DNA of 64,000 bases from Pyrinomonadaceae bacterium (GCA_035646355.1 DASRPN010000155.1:10711-74710), one strand, 5' to 3'. Positions 1-9,939 are shown, numbered from the stretch's first letter. The notes: generated by a model from the sequence alone, not told the origin. Numbers and translations: made by a program.

Positions 1-355
1 TTATGACCGTTTCACGTACCGTATGTCGCGAGACAACTGCGTCACCGTAGACCATCAGATTTTCAAGTGCCGGAATCGAAACTGGAGTTGACGACAGTCG
101 GTCGCTGCTCATGATGCCAGTGATTTGGGTCACCTTACTGATAACGCCGCCAGAGGGACGGATAAATTGGAATTCGTCCGCATAAAGTTGTTCGAGCCGC
201 GCTCGATCTCTTTTCGTAATTGCGTCATTCAAGTCGCTGAACAGTTTCTGTATCTCTTCTTTCGTCTTGTCTTGCTGGTTCTGGTGGCTTTGTGCCAGGG
301 CCACGGCAGGCGTTATCAAAAGAAAGACGATAACGAGATTCATAAATTTGCTCAT
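1..355 (-). CDS. Partial secreted DUF4440/SnoaL-like (NTF2-fold) protein; C-terminus lies outside the window
   Basis: Absent from the ORF track because the window edge truncates it. My minus-strand translation from ATG 355-353 gives MSKFMNLVIVFLLITPAVALAQSHQNQQDKTKEEIQKLFSDLNDAITKRDRAARLEQLYADEFQFIRPSGGVISK... This is a signal peptide plus a DUF4440-like pattern. GAAGGAGG Shine-Dalgarno lies 5 nt upstream. Confidence 0.55.
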   Translation of the reverse strand, partial: MSKFMNLVIVFLLITPAVALAQSHQNQQDKTKEEIQKLFSDLNDAITKRDRARLEQLYADEFQFIRPSGGVISKVTQITGIMSSDRLSSTPVSIPALENLMVYGDAVVSRHTVRETVI

Positions 356-366
356 GTGTTCCTCCT

Positions 367-2538
367 TCATTTCACGTGACGATCGAACCACGCAAGCGTC
401 CGCTCCAGCGCGTCGATGCGATGCTTCGGTTCGCGCAAACTGTGACCTTCGCGCGGATAGCGGACAAAGACTGTTTCGACGCCACGACGCTTCAGCGCCA
501 TGTACATTTCTTCAGCCTGCGTGATGTGCACGTCATTATCCAGCTCGCCGTGAATAAACATCACCGGAGTCTGAACCTGCCGCACGAAACGCAACGGCGA
601 CCATTGCCACAATACTTCGAAGTTATCCCACGGAAATCCACCAAACTCCGCGTGAATCAGATCCTGGTAAAGAGACGTCGAATAAAAGCTAATAAGGTTA
701 CTAACACTCGCTACTGCCACGCCCGCACGAAAGCGCGGCGTTTGCGTGACGATCCAGTTCGTCATAAACCCACCGTAACTTCCTCCCGTCACACCCATGC
801 GACCGCCATCGATCCACGCATTCCGCTTCAACGCTTCGTCGACACCGGCCATCAAGTCGCGATAATCACCACCGCCCCACTCATTCAACGTCCCATCGGA
901 AAACCTCTGACCGTAACCACTCGACCCGCGCGGGTTCAAGTACAACACCGCGTACCCGCGCGCAGCATAAACCTGAAACGTCGCATTAAACGACCAGCCA
1001 AACATTCCGTGTGGTCCACCGTGAACGCTCACGATCAACGGACACTTGCGATCGCTCGTACAGCCGGCAGGTCGCATTAACCAACCTTGGATCTGCGTGC
1101 CGTCGAAGCTCGGGAACGTGATCTCCTCGGGAGCAACCAGTCGCATCGATCGCACTAATTGATCGTTGTGCCCACTGAGACGCCGCATCGGAATAGCGCT
1201 TCCATATCCCGACCAAACTTCCGCCGGACGCAAAGGGGTCCCGAATGTCATAACAAACGGGAACGAGATCTCACGCACGAGACTCGATCGATTGCTCAAA
1301 CTGAAACTCGTGATCTGGAACGCAACCCGGGTCGACGGCGCATTAACAGGCGCTGCCATGTATTTCGCGTCCATGTCTGTGAAGACGCCAATCATTTCGC
1401 CTTTCCCGTAATGGAGCGAAAACCGGCTGACCTTTCCACCTTGAACGCTGATGCGAAATAGCGTGGTGAAGCCCTTGTCGCCCGCCAGATACAAGATAAA
1501 GCGGCCGTCGGCTGACCAGCGTGGATCGCGAACACGTCGATCATGCTCGAACGTCAATTCTTTTCCGTTGCCGCCAGTAGCGGGGATCACCCACAGATGC
1601 GCATCTTCAGCAACGCTGTCGATCGTCGTGACCTCACGTTTTGTTGCCGTGTAGGCAATGGACCGTCCGTCAGGCGACCAGACCGGATCGTATTCGCAAC
1701 CCTTTGTCTGCGTGATCTGACGCGTTTGTCCACCAAGATCGACTGTGAAGATGTCAGAGTTATTGAAAGCGTCCGGATCGGATTCGTGGTTTGAGAGAAA
1801 CAGGATCTCGTCGCCGAGCGGACTGTAGCTAACCGCGTGGTCGTAAAACGCACCGGAAGTTAATTGCAGCGGCACCGGCCGATCGACTTCCACCACCCAC
1901 ACGTGCGTGCGTCGATTATCGGAAAAGCCGGTGCGCGATTTGTACTGGATGCGATCGATAACGCGCGGATCGTCACCGCCCGCCGATCGATCTGCCGCGA
2001 CCGGTCTTTCTGCACGAGCGGAGATATAAGCGATGCGTTTCGAGTCCGGCGACCATGAGAACGGTTCGCCCGCGTAAGTGATGAAGAAGTTCGTCGAAGT
2101 GACGGGCGCAATAAAACGCGGCTCAGGTTTGTCGAGTCTGATGACCCACAGTCCGTCATGTTCGTCCTGCTGGGACAGAAACGCGATCGACGTACTGTCA
2201 GGCGACCAACGAGGTGTCGACGCAGAAAACCCGGCCGGCAATAACGTGCGCGGTGCTATGCGGAGTTCGGGCCAGTCAAGATAGAACCCGGGTCGAGGTA
2301 AAGGCGTAGGTTGTGCCGTCGGTTCGACCGGCAGAATTTCAGGCAGCAAACGAGCGATCCAGAGCGTACTAACGGTCTTGTCGTCAGCAACCGAAGAAAC
2401 CGTATAGACGACGAACTGCCCGTTCGGTGAGATCTGCGCGTCGGTAACGTTCGCGACCCTCACGATATCCGCTGGTCTCATCACACCGCGCGGTTGCGCT
2501 GAAGACGTAAAAGCAATTGCAATGAGCAGCAAGAGCAT
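367..2538 (-). CDS. S9 family serine peptidase (acylaminoacyl-peptidase / dipeptidyl aminopeptidase type) with N-terminal TolB-like beta-propeller
   Basis: ORF 367..2697. The first 53 codons read through a hairpin repeat, so I moved the start to in-frame ATG 2538 (MLLLLIAIAFTSSAQ signal peptide). GGSYGG nucleophile motif plus HGELDNDV and EGHSL supply the catalytic Asp and His. Repeated WSPDG/WSADG propeller motifs. Confidence 0.85.
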   Translation of the reverse strand: MLLLLIAIAFTSSAQPRGVMRPADIVRVANVTDAQISPNGQFVVYTVSSVADDKTVSTLWIARLLPEILPVEPTAQPTPLPRPGFYLDWPELRIAPRTLLPAGFSASTPRWSPDSTSIAFLSQQDEHDGLWVIRLDKPEPRFIAPVTSTNFFITYAGEPFSWSPDSKRIAYISARAERPVAADRSAGGDDPRVIDRIQYKSRTGFSDNRRTHVWVVEVDRPVPLQLTSGAFYDHAVSYSPLGDEILFLSNHESDPDAFNNSDIFTVDLGGQTRQITQTKGCEYDPVWSPDGRSIAYTATKREVTTIDSVAEDAHLWVIPATGGNGKELTFEHDRRVRDPRWSADGRFILYLAGDKGFTTLFRISVQGGKVSRFSLHYGKGEMIGVFTDMDAKYMAAPVNAPSTRVAFQITSFSLSNRSSLVREISFPFVMTFGTPLRPAEVWSGYGSAIPMRRLSGHNDQLVRSMRLVAPEEITFPSFDGTQIQGWLMRPAGCTSDRKCPLIVSVHGGPHGMFGWSFNATFQVYAARGYAVLYLNPRGSSGYGQRFSDGTLNEWGGGDYRDLMAGVDEALKRNAWIDGGRMGVTGGSYGGFMTNWIVTQTPRFRAGVAVASVSNLISFYSTSLYQDLIHAEFGGFPWDNFEVLWQWSPLRFVRQVQTPVMFIHGELDNDVHITQAEEMYMALKRRGVETVFVRYPREGHSLREPKHRIDALERTLAWFDRHVK

Positions 2539-2540
2539 CG

Positions 2541-2653
2541 CGCAAAGGCGCAAAGACGCAAAGAAAGGCGTTATGCGAAATGGGGCATTGCCGCGCGTCG
2601 CTGGCAAGTAGCGGCAAAACGAACGCCTTCCTTTGCGCCTTTGCGCCTTTGCG
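2541..2653. repeat. Word-repeat hairpin element A (CGCAAAG type)
   Basis: Left arm is CGCAAAGGCGCAAAGACGCAAAGAAAGGCG (2541-2570). Right arm is CGCCTTCCTTTGCGCCTTTGCGCCTTTGCG (2624-2653). The arms are near-perfect inverted repeats. The element lies between the stop of the GxxExxY gene and the start of the peptidase. Confidence 0.85.
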
Positions 2654-2659
2654 TGACCC

Positions 2660-3042
2660 TCATTCCCGCACTCTATTAACGACCCTCTGAATTCCATCTT
2701 TCATTAGCTCCACGTTGAAGTTGATCAGCAAACCAAGCCGCTTATCCATCAATCGCAAATAAGTTAGTAACTGTTTTTTGTGAACAGGCAATATTGCTTC
2801 GACCGACTTGATCTCAACAACTACGCTATTCCCAACCAGCAAATCCACTCGGAAGCCAAGATCCAGTTTTACCCGTTCGTAATGAACCGGCAGAGTAAGT
2901 TCCCGTACCACGGTCAAATTTCGTTTTTGTAGCTCAAATTAAGAATCGCCTGGTAGACAGATTCCAGCAGGCCTGGACCAAGTGTCCTGTGTATCTTTAG
3001 TGCGGCATCGACCACAACAGTGGCAATTTCATTCTCGGTCAT
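2660..3042 (-). pseudogene. GxxExxY protein (PD-(D/E)XK-like), disrupted by a 1-nt frameshift
   Basis: ATG 3042 (AGGAG upstream) encodes MTENEIATVVVDAALKIHRTLGPGLLESVYQAILNLSYKNEI*, which contains the GxxExxY motif. The rest of the family-typical sequence (ELQKRNLTVVRELTLPVHYERVKLDLGFRVDLLV...LINFN...KDGIQRV) continues in another frame as ORF 2660..2917. The shift sits in an AATTT run near 2920-2930. Confidence 0.7.
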
Positions 3043-3083
3043 GTGAGGTCTCCTTGTGAGTAGGAAAATTGACGAACGCTAAA

Positions 3084-3668
3084 TTACGGAGAAGGTTTTA
3101 TTGAAGGAGACGCTGCTGGCGCCGGTTCCGCGATTTTTATAGTGGTTCGAAGCGTGTCCCACGCCGTCGCGAACTTCTTGATATCGCGATCTGGACCAAA
3201 GAGTGTCATCACGACGACTCGTTGGCCCACGAGAGCCCAGTAGATCTTCGCAGCGCCGGGCTCACCTCCCAGTGACGCGGTGAGTTGAACGCCATCGGCT
3301 TTAACTCCGCCGATCTCCGAAGTATCAGGCGACTTTTGCGGCGTTGCTCCCATGGCCACAAACTGCTTCTCAATCGAAGCGACATAAGGATCGATAAAAG
3401 CCTTTTTCGCCTCTGGGAGTTTCTCCGCGCCGATGCGGCCCTTATGCGCAAACACTCGCATCTGAATGTCGGCAGCGCTGTTCGCGAAACTGTACTGCTG
3501 GGCGTCGTCGTCGCTCATGTCCGTGAGCGTCCAGCCCTTTGGATAATTAAAAGAGAGATCGCCCTTCGAAAACTGTTGCGCGTCTGAGGGAGCTGGCGCG
3601 GGGGTTTGCGCGGAGGCAATGACGCCGCAAAAGACGACGATGACTAATAACTTAACCGTAAGTCTCAT
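3084..3668 (-). CDS. Secreted hypothetical protein
   Basis: ORF with N-terminal signal peptide MRLTVKLLVIVVFCGVIASAQ. No motif recognised. Confidence 0.6.
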   Translation of the reverse strand: MRLTVKLLVIVVFCGVIASAQTPAPAPSDAQQFSKGDLSFNYPKGWTLTDMSDDDAQQYSFANSAADIQMRVFAHKGRIGAEKLPEAKKAFIDPYVASIEKQFVAMGATPQKSPDTSEIGGVKADGVQLTASLGGEPGAAKIYWALVGQRVVVMTLFGPDRDIKKFATAWDTLRTTIKIAEPAPAASPSIKPSP

Positions 3669-3852
3669 GTTTCTCCTCCGCCGGATCTATTAAGTAGCGG
3701 GCGTGCAACCGGGACGCGCTGTACCCGCGGTGTCCTGATTGCCGGCCGCGATCTGTTTCACCGTACTGCCTGACACGCAATTCACCGGTTCCCTTCTTAA
3801 TCGATACAAACTTGTTGCCGCAGCTCGTCTCGACGATGTACTCGTTTCCGTT

Positions 3853-5328
3853 TCATGTAAGGGATCGTAATTGTTCGTTCAATAACTCCCAGACCTCACG
3901 CACGTGTTTTTCCGTCGTGCGAATGTTTCCGATCGAAAGTCGCAGCGTAAACTTGTCGTTCAAGCGCGTTTGTGAGAGAAGCGCTCGCCCACTTTCGTTG
4001 ACGCCATGCAGGATTGCTTCGTTCAGCGCATCCAGTCCCGCTGCATCCAAACCCTCGCGACGCGCTCGGAAACAGACCAGTCCCAGCGGCACCGGCGCCA
4101 GCAATTCCCAATCACTTGACTCATCGATCCATGAAGCAAGCACTCGCGCCAAACGACAGTGCTCCCGAATTCGCGCCGCGAGCCCGTCGTGTCCAAAATA
4201 GCGAATCACCAACCACAGCTTTAGCGCGCGAAAACGGCGACCGAGTTGTATGCCGTAATCCGATCCGCTTCGCACCTTGTCCTGTTCCGGCGTACTTAAA
4301 TACACGGGCGGAACGAGCGAAAACGCGCGCTTGAGCAGATCCATATGACGGCAATATAAAACCGAAAGATCAAACGGAGTGAAGAGCCACTTGTGCGGGT
4401 TCGTCACCAGCGAGTCGGCGCGTTCACAACCGGCAAGGATGTGTCGAAACTCAGGCACGACCGCGGCCGAACCTGCGTATGCGGCATCGACGTGCAACCA
4501 CATCGCATGCTCTTCGCCTATCGGGATGATCTCCTTGATTGGATCGATACTCGAGGTGGACGTCGTTCCCACTGTCGCAACGATGCAGAACGGCAGATGA
4601 CCGTCGCGCTTGTCTTCGGCAATGGCTTGCGCCAGAGCCTTGGCGTCCATGCGAAAATCTTTGTCGACCGGGATCTTGCGCAGGCTGCGTTGGCCCAGAC
4701 CGAGCGTGATCACCGCTTTCTCAATAGAGTTGTGAGCCTGCTCCGAAACGTAAACACGCAGCAGCGGCAAGTCGGTTCGCCCGCTCATTCCCTCTTCACG
4801 AATGCGTTGCTCGACGCCTTCGCGCGCGGCGGCAATCGCGTGCATGCTCGAAACCGACGCGGTGTCGTAAATGATCCCGATCATTCCCGGATCGAGTCCC
4901 ATCATCTGTCGTAGCCAGTCGAGTGTGACCTCTTCGAGTTCAGTTGATGCCGGCGACGTGCGCCACAGCATTGCCTTGTTATCGAAGGCGGCGGCCAACA
5001 TTTCGCCGAAAATTCCCGGCGCTGAAGTTGAGGTCGCAAAGTAGGCAAAGAAAGAGGGATGACTCCAGTGCGTCAACGCCGGAACGATCAGCCGATCGAC
5101 GTCGCCGAGGATCTTATCCATCGGTTCACCGTGCTGCGGTGGAGCATCGGGAAGTTGCGCTTTCAGATCGCCAGGCTCAAGCGCCGCCAGCACCGGTAGC
5201 TCTGGAACGCGCTCGAAATAATCGGCAATCCAGTCGACAAACTCGTGTCCGAAGCGACGAAAGTCTTCCTTATTCATGTCGCCTAAGTCGGGTGCGAAGC
5301 CGGTTTTGGCAGGTGTGGAGTGGCTCAC
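3853..5328 (-). CDS. Pyridoxal-dependent (group II) aromatic/L-amino-acid decarboxylase
   Basis: 491-aa ORF. The NPHKW PLP-lysine motif (TNPHKWLFTPFDLS) and overall pattern match DDC/tyrosine decarboxylase-type enzymes. Start is uncertain: GTG 5328 or ATG 5277. Confidence 0.8.
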   Translation of the reverse strand: MSHSTPAKTGFAPDLGDMNKEDFRRFGHEFVDWIADYFERVPELPVLAALEPGDLKAQLPDAPPQHGEPMDKILGDVDRLIVPALTHWSHPSFFAYFATSTSAPGIFGEMLAAAFDNKAMLWRTSPASTELEEVTLDWLRQMMGLDPGMIGIIYDTASVSSMHAIAAAREGVEQRIREEGMSGRTDLPLLRVYVSEQAHNSIEKAVITLGLGQRSLRKIPVDKDFRMDAKALAQAIAEDKRDGHLPFCIVATVGTTSTSSIDPIKEIIPIGEEHAMWLHVDAAYAGSAAVVPEFRHILAGCERADSLVTNPHKWLFTPFDLSVLYCRHMDLLKRAFSLVPPVYLSTPEQDKVRSGSDYGIQLGRRFRALKLWLVIRYFGHDGLAARIREHCRLARVLASWIDESSDWELLAPVPLGLVCFRARREGLDAAGLDALNEAILHGVNESGRALLSQTRLNDKFTLRLSIGNIRTTEKHVREVWELLNEQLRSLT

Positions 5329-5378
5329 GAAGCCCCTATATTACAGTCATAACCCAAAGATCTGCACGGCTTACAATA

Positions 5379-5468
5379 CTCTTGCCTTTGCGCCTTTGCG
5401 CCTTTGCGCCTTGGCGGGAAATAAGTTTCGGAGTATCTCCGGCAGAGGCGCAAAGGCGCAAAGAGGAG
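5379..5468. repeat. Word-repeat hairpin element B (CGCAAAG type)
   Basis: CTCTTGCCTTTGCGCCTTTGCGCCTTTGCGCCTTGGCGG ... CCGGCAGAGGCGCAAAGGCGCAAAGAGGAG. Inverted arms lie in the divergent intergenic region. Confidence 0.85.
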
Positions 5469-5518
5469 TTTTACCGGGACTCATTTTCCCAACCGCAATG
5501 CCGTAACCGGCTGCGCAC

Positions 5519-5546
5519 TCGACAGTTCGGGTGAAATCGCTATAAT
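5519..5546 (+). promoter_or_regulatory. Candidate sigma-70 promoter of the liv operon
   Basis: TCGACA (5519-5524), a 16-nt spacer, then TATAAT (5541-5546), about 75 nt upstream of ATG 5622. Confidence 0.4.
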
Positions 5547-5621
5547 TCGTCGCTGAACCAATAAGTCACAGTTTGACCCGGGCCCCGCTCGTAAATCCAA
5601 TTCGCCGTTAGTGAGGACCAC

Positions 5622-6920
5622 ATGAAACGCACGTCACTCGCGCTTTTGTTGATTACTACACTCTGCTTCAGTTTTGCCTGTGAACGCCGTGGATCAGGCA
5701 CCAATGCCACTGATGGTGGCGGTGAGATCGTAATCGGCTACTACGGCGATCTTACGGGACGCACTGCCAGCTTCGGCGTATCGACAAAGAATGGAGTCGA
5801 GATGGCCGCCGATGAGATCAACAAAGCCGGGGGCATCATGGGACGCAAGGTCAGAGTCATCGTCGAAGACGATCAGGGCGAACCCAATAAAGCGGCAACT
5901 GTGGTCAGCAAGCTGGTGAACCAGGACAAAGTCGCTGCCGTACTAGGCGAGGTAGCGTCGTCAAACAGTTTGGCCGCGGCGCCGAAGGCCCAGGAAGCCA
6001 AAATTCCGATGATTTCGCCTTCGTCCACTAATCCAAACGTGACTCAGGTGGGCGACTTCATCTTCCGCGTTTGTTTCATCGATCCTTTCCAGGGCGACGT
6101 AATGGCGAAGTTCGCTGCCAACAATTTGAAAGCGAAAAGAGCCGCTATCCTCTATGACTTCAATGCCGACTACAGCCGTGGGCTTCGCGAGTTTTTCACG
6201 CGTAGTTTTAAGGGGCTCGGTGGGCAGATCGTGGCAGAACAGTCGTACACGCAGGGCGACCGCGATTTCAGCGGTCAGTTAACGCAGATTCGTGCGGCAA
6301 ATCCTGACGTGATTTACGTGCCGGGTTACTACGGTGAAGTCGGCGTCATTTCCAATCAGAGCAAGCAACTCGGAATCAAAGCGCCATTGCTCGGCGGCGA
6401 TGGTTGGGATTCCCCTCAACTTTGGGAACTCGGCGGCGCATCTTTGAACGGCAATTACATCTCGAACCACTACTCAGTCGACGATCCATCGCCGGCGATT
6501 CAGAAGTTTGTGGCCGACTACAAATCCCGCTACAGCATCCTCCCCGACGCACTCGCCGCGCTTGGCTACGATTCAATGCGAGTTCTTGCTGACGCCATCA
6601 CTCGCGCCGGCGGCACTGATGGCACGAAGTTGCGCGATGCGATAGCGCAAACGAAAAACTTCGCGGGCGTGACGGGATCGATCTCGATCGACAAGGATCG
6701 AAATGCGGTGAAGCCCGCCGTCGTCCTGAAACTCCAGGATTCAAAATTTGTTTACGACACCACGATCTATCCGGAAGGTATGACACCGCCGGCGTCGTCT
6801 GCTGCCTCGCCACCGGCACCAGGCTACGCCTCACCGGCCGCCGCGACTTCGCCGGCGACGGGGGCACCAGCACCTCCACCGCCGACTAAGGCTGCGAGCC
6901 CGTCGCCGAGCAATAGGTGA
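5622..6920 (+). CDS. Branched-chain amino-acid ABC transporter substrate-binding lipoprotein (LivJ/K family), copy 1
   Basis: Lipoprotein signal (LLLITTLCFSFAC). Type-I periplasmic binding fold pattern (IVIGYYGDLTG...LGGDGWDSP). Pro/Ala/Ser-rich C-terminal tail. Confidence 0.85.
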   Translation: MKRTSLALLLITTLCFSFACERRGSGTNATDGGGEIVIGYYGDLTGRTASFGVSTKNGVEMAADEINKAGGIMGRKVRVIVEDDQGEPNKAATVVSKLVNQDKVAAVLGEVASSNSLAAAPKAQEAKIPMISPSSTNPNVTQVGDFIFRVCFIDPFQGDVMAKFAANNLKAKRAAILYDFNADYSRGLREFFTRSFKGLGGQIVAEQSYTQGDRDFSGQLTQIRAANPDVIYVPGYYGEVGVISNQSKQLGIKAPLLGGDGWDSPQLWELGGASLNGNYISNHYSVDDPSPAIQKFVADYKSRYSILPDALAALGYDSMRVLADAITRAGGTDGTKLRDAIAQTKNFAGVTGSISIDKDRNAVKPAVVLKLQDSKFVYDTTIYPEGMTPPASSAASPPAPGYASPAAATSPATGAPAPPPPTKAASPSPSNR

Positions 6921-6929
6921 GCCGTTTCG

Positions 6930-7856
6930 ATGGATACCTTCGTTCAGCAACTAATTAACGGTCTAAATGTCGGCGCCATCTACGCCCTGATCGCTCTGGG
7001 CTACACGATGGTCTACGGCATCCTCCGTCTAATCAATTTCGCGCACGGCGACGTTTACATGGTGGGCGCATTCGCAGGTTTTTATATCGCGCTCTACGCG
7101 GGTTTCGCTGCCGGCGCGTCGCTGGGTACGTTGATCCTCGTCCTTCTGGGGGCGATGATTATCGCGGCGGTCGTGGGCATGATCATTGAACGATTCGCTT
7201 ACCGGCCCGTGCGAAAATACTCGCGCATGACGACGCTGATCATGGCGATCGGCGTTTCGCTTTTGATCGAGAACCTGTTTGTGGCTCAGATCGGCGCGAC
7301 GCCGCGCGCGTTTCCTGATTTTTTGGGATCGCAGAGTCAAGCACCTTATCGTCTCTTCGGTAACGCCGCGATCTCGAAAGCACAGATCGTTATCTTTCTC
7401 GTTTCCATCGCGTTGATGCTGCTATTGCAGTGGATCGTGTTCAAGACGAAGGTCGGTACGGCGATGCGCGCCGTTTCCTTCAACCTGAACTCGGCGAAGT
7501 TGATGGGCATCAATACCGACGCGATCATCAGCCTGACATTCGCGATTGGTTCAGCGCTGGCAGCAGCAGGCGGTGTTTTGACCGCGCAGTACAATCCAAA
7601 CATCGATCCGTTGATGGGAATACTAACGGGATTGAAAGCCTTCGTGGCCGCGGTACTCGGCGGCATCGGAAACATACCCGGCGCAGTGCTCGGCGGTTTG
7701 CTCATCGGCGCGGCGGAGACTCTAGTCGTGGGTTACGGACATCATATCGGCATCGCTTCCACTTACCGTGATGCAGTGGCTTTTGCGATCTTGATTCTGG
7801 TTCTTTTGCTTCGTCCCTCAGGTCTACTCGGATCAACCGTACAGGAGAAAGTCTGA
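6930..7856 (+). CDS. livH: Branched-chain amino-acid ABC permease LivH
   Basis: 308-aa polytopic ORF whose N-terminus QQLINGL..G.IYALIALGYTMVYG is typical of LivH. Operon context. Confidence 0.85.
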   Translation: MDTFVQQLINGLNVGAIYALIALGYTMVYGILRLINFAHGDVYMVGAFAGFYIALYAGFAAGASLGTLILVLLGAMIIAAVVGMIIERFAYRPVRKYSRMTTLIMAIGVSLLIENLFVAQIGATPRAFPDFLGSQSQAPYRLFGNAAISKAQIVIFLVSIALMLLLQWIVFKTKVGTAMRAVSFNLNSAKLMGINTDAIISLTFAIGSALAAAGGVLTAQYNPNIDPLMGILTGLKAFVAAVLGGIGNIPGAVLGGLLIGAAETLVVGYGHHIGIASTYRDAVAFAILILVLLLRPSGLLGSTVQEKV

Positions 7857-7881
7857 AGGCTCGCAAATCGACATCCACTGA

Positions 7882-8985
7882 ATGCCAACCTTCATTAAAC
7901 GGATTCTGGGTTTAGTCGTCGTCGTCGTAGTGCTCGTGGTTTTAAACGCGTTCATGAGCCGGGACGGTCTCTTTGGTTTTGGACTGCCCTACTACTACGC
8001 CGAACTCCTCAACCTAACCGGCATCAGCATCATTCTTGCCGTCTCGCTAAACCTGATCACCGGGTTCACCGGACAGTTTTCAATTGGACACGCTGGCTTC
8101 ATGGCTGTCGGCGCTTATTCGTCTGTATTCCTGACTGTTTACTATTCACAGTCCGCGGAGCAGGCGTTGGCAGGTTTGTTCGGCGCAACGGTCGCTCAAG
8201 CTCTGGTTTTTCTTGGCATCGTTGTGTTCGGCGCGCTGGTGGCTGCCTTGGCTGGGTTGCTGGTGGGAATTCCGAGCTTGCGACTGCGCGGCGATTATCT
8301 CGCGATCGTTACGCTGGGTTTCGCGGAGATTATCCGCATTATTATTCTGAACATCGATCGCGTCGGCGGCGCGACCGGCTTTCGCGGCGCAGTGGCGCCG
8401 TGGGAAGGCCGTCCGATTATTCCGCTGTATGCAAACTTTGTTTGGATAGGTGGCTTTGCCGTAATCACGATCGTAGTCGTCTACAACATCGTCCGTTCCG
8501 ACATTGGACGCGCGCTGATCTCGATTCGTGAAGACGAACTCGCTGCCGAAGCAATGGGTATTAATACGACCCGTTACAAAGTGCTGGCGTTTGTCATCAG
8601 CTCGGCATTCGCCGGCATCGCGGGCGCACTCTTCGGCCACTTCCGTCAGTTTCTGCACACCAACGACTTCCAGTTTATTCGCTCGATCGAGATCATAATC
8701 ATGATCGTGCTTGGCGGAATGGGATCGATCACAGGGGCCGTGCTAGGCGCGATTGTGATCACCATCTTGCCCGAGCTGTTGCGCCAGTTACCCGGTAATC
8801 TCATCCACTATCGTCTCGTCATTTATTCAGCGTTGCTGGTCATTATCATGTTGACGCGGCCACAGGGGGTGATGGGCGCGCGAGAGTTTGGCATTCCGTG
8901 GCTGAAGCGAGCACAGAAGCGACCTGAAGGCGACAAGCCGGCCGGCGAAAAGGGCGTGCCGATAACACAAGAGGCACAAAAGTAA
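7882..8985 (+). CDS. livM: Branched-chain amino-acid ABC permease LivM
   Basis: 367-aa polytopic ORF with GQFSIGHAGFMAVGAY and LRLRGDYLAIVTLGFAEI motifs typical of LivM. Confidence 0.85.
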   Translation: MPTFIKRILGLVVVVVVLVVLNAFMSRDGLFGFGLPYYYAELLNLTGISIILAVSLNLITGFTGQFSIGHAGFMAVGAYSSVFLTVYYSQSAEQALAGLFGATVAQALVFLGIVVFGALVAALAGLLVGIPSLRLRGDYLAIVTLGFAEIIRIIILNIDRVGGATGFRGAVAPWEGRPIIPLYANFVWIGGFAVITIVVVYNIVRSDIGRALISIREDELAAEAMGINTTRYKVLAFVISSAFAGIAGALFGHFRQFLHTNDFQFIRSIEIIIMIVLGGMGSITGAVLGAIVITILPELLRQLPGNLIHYRLVIYSALLVIIMLTRPQGVMGAREFGIPWLKRAQKRPEGDKPAGEKGVPITQEAQK

Positions 8986-9014
8986 GACGCTAAAAGGCAC
9001 AAAACGGAAAGAAC

Positions 9015-9800
9015 ATGGCGGAAACGAAGACCAACGGCAGCGATCATCCACTAACGACCAAAAAGTGCACCATTCGTTTCGGCGGATTAGTAGCCGTCAA
9101 CGAGCTCGACATGCGTGTGCGCCAGGGAGAGATTTATGGATTGATCGGTCCCAACGGCGCCGGAAAAACGACGATCTTCAATCTTCTAACCGGCGTCTAC
9201 ACGCCAACTTCCGGCGAGCTTTATTTCAACGGCGAGCGGATCGACGGACTCAAGCCGTACGAAATCTCGCGCCGCGGCGTGTCGCGCACTTTCCAGAACA
9301 TCCGGCTGTTTCCAAGTATGTCGGTGCTGGAAAATGTCATGACCGCGTGTCATCGGCACGCCAAGCAGAACCTACTCGACGCCGTCCTGCGGTTGCCGCG
9401 ATTCGAACGTGATGAACGCGAGCATCGCGAGTTTGCGCTGGAGTTACTGGAAATATTCGACCTTGCGCGTTTCAAAGATGAAGGCGGAACGAGTTTGCCG
9501 TACGGATCACAACGTCGGCTCGAGATCGTGCGCGCGCTCGCGACGAGGCCGCAGCTGCTGCTGCTCGACGAACCCGCGGCGGGTATGAACCCGTCAGAGC
9601 AGGAAGATTTGATGAACTTGATCAAGCAGATCCGCGATCGCTTCGGACTCACGATTTTGCTCGTCGAACACAACATGAAAGTGGTGATGGGTGTGTGCGA
9701 AAGAATTCAGGTTGTCGACTACGGGAAGTCGATCGCACTCGGTCTTCCTGAAGAGATCAAGAATGACCCGAAGGTGATCGAAGCGTACCTCGGAGATTAG
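9015..9800 (+). CDS. livG: Branched-chain amino-acid ABC ATP-binding protein LivG
   Basis: Walker [10 protein letters not shown], signature YGSQRRLEI, Walker B LLLLDEP, and the LivG-type C-terminus [10 protein letters not shown]. Confidence 0.9.
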   Translation: MAETKTNGSDHPLTTKKCTIRFGGLVAVNELDMRVRQGEIYGLIGPNGAGKTTIFNLLTGVYTPTSGELYFNGERIDGLKPYEISRRGVSRTFQNIRLFPSMSVLENVMTACHRHAKQNLLDAVLRLPRFERDEREHREFALELLEIFDLARFKDEGGTSLPYGSQRRLEIVRALATRPQLLLLDEPAAGMNPSEQEDLMNLIKQIRDRFGLTILLVEHNMKVVMGVCERIQVVDYGKSIALGLPEEIKNDPKVIEAYLGD

Positions 9801-9802
9801 AG

Positions 9803-9922
9803 CTTAGTGTTTAGTACTTTGTCAGTGGTCCGTAGTCAGTGGTCAGTGATTTACGAACTGACTACGGACTACTGACTACTGACTACTGACTACTGACTAC
9901 TGACAAAGTACTAAACACTAAG
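9803..9922. repeat. Composite word-repeat hairpin element C (outer GTAC/CAAAG words, inner TGACTAC words)
   Basis: The outer 24 nt CTTAGTGTTTAGTACTTTGTCAGT pair perfectly with ACTGACAAAGTACTAAACACTAAG. Inner arms are GGTCCGTAGTCAGTGGTCAGT versus five tandem copies of the 7-mer ACTGACT. The element starts 2 nt after the livG stop and ends 17 nt before the livF ATG. Confidence 0.9.
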
Positions 9923-9939
9923 TACAAAGAACAAACAGA

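Noticed and set aside
376-1080. Long ORFs antisense to or overlapping well-supported genes. Examples: 376..1080, 4944..5534, 8146..8658, 12327..13014, 17156..17827, 29344..29940, 32438..33169, 47049..48038, 50362..50985 and 52171..52665.
   Set aside because: Each lies opposite or out of frame with a gene carrying clear family motifs. Their translations are Arg/Ser/Pro-rich low-complexity strings typical of GC-rich antisense frames. I saw no RBS or known motif.
3669-3852. Possible small gene in the 184-nt gap downstream of the decarboxylase. A frame reads ...EYIVETSCGNKFVSIKKGTGELRVRQYGE...
   Set aside because: That frame opens directly after the decarboxylase stop codon and has no ATG, GTG or TTG start or RBS. 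The only ATG-initiated frame is 17 codons long.
5276-5506. Small ORFs encoded inside hairpin repeat elements, with peptides such as LAFAPLRLCALAG, SLRLCAM and LRLCAFAG. Examples: 5276..5506, 20424..20627, 43693..43917 and 43871..44173.
   Set aside because: The sequences are direct translations of the CGCAAAG/CTTTGCG words. The same words occur in both orientations and in all frames, so these are repeat artefacts, not genes.
9803-9922. Possible CRISPR arrays formed by the tandem short words.
   Set aside because: The units are 7-9 nt with no 25-40-nt unique spacers. The two halves are inverted complements (a hairpin), and there are no cas genes in the window.
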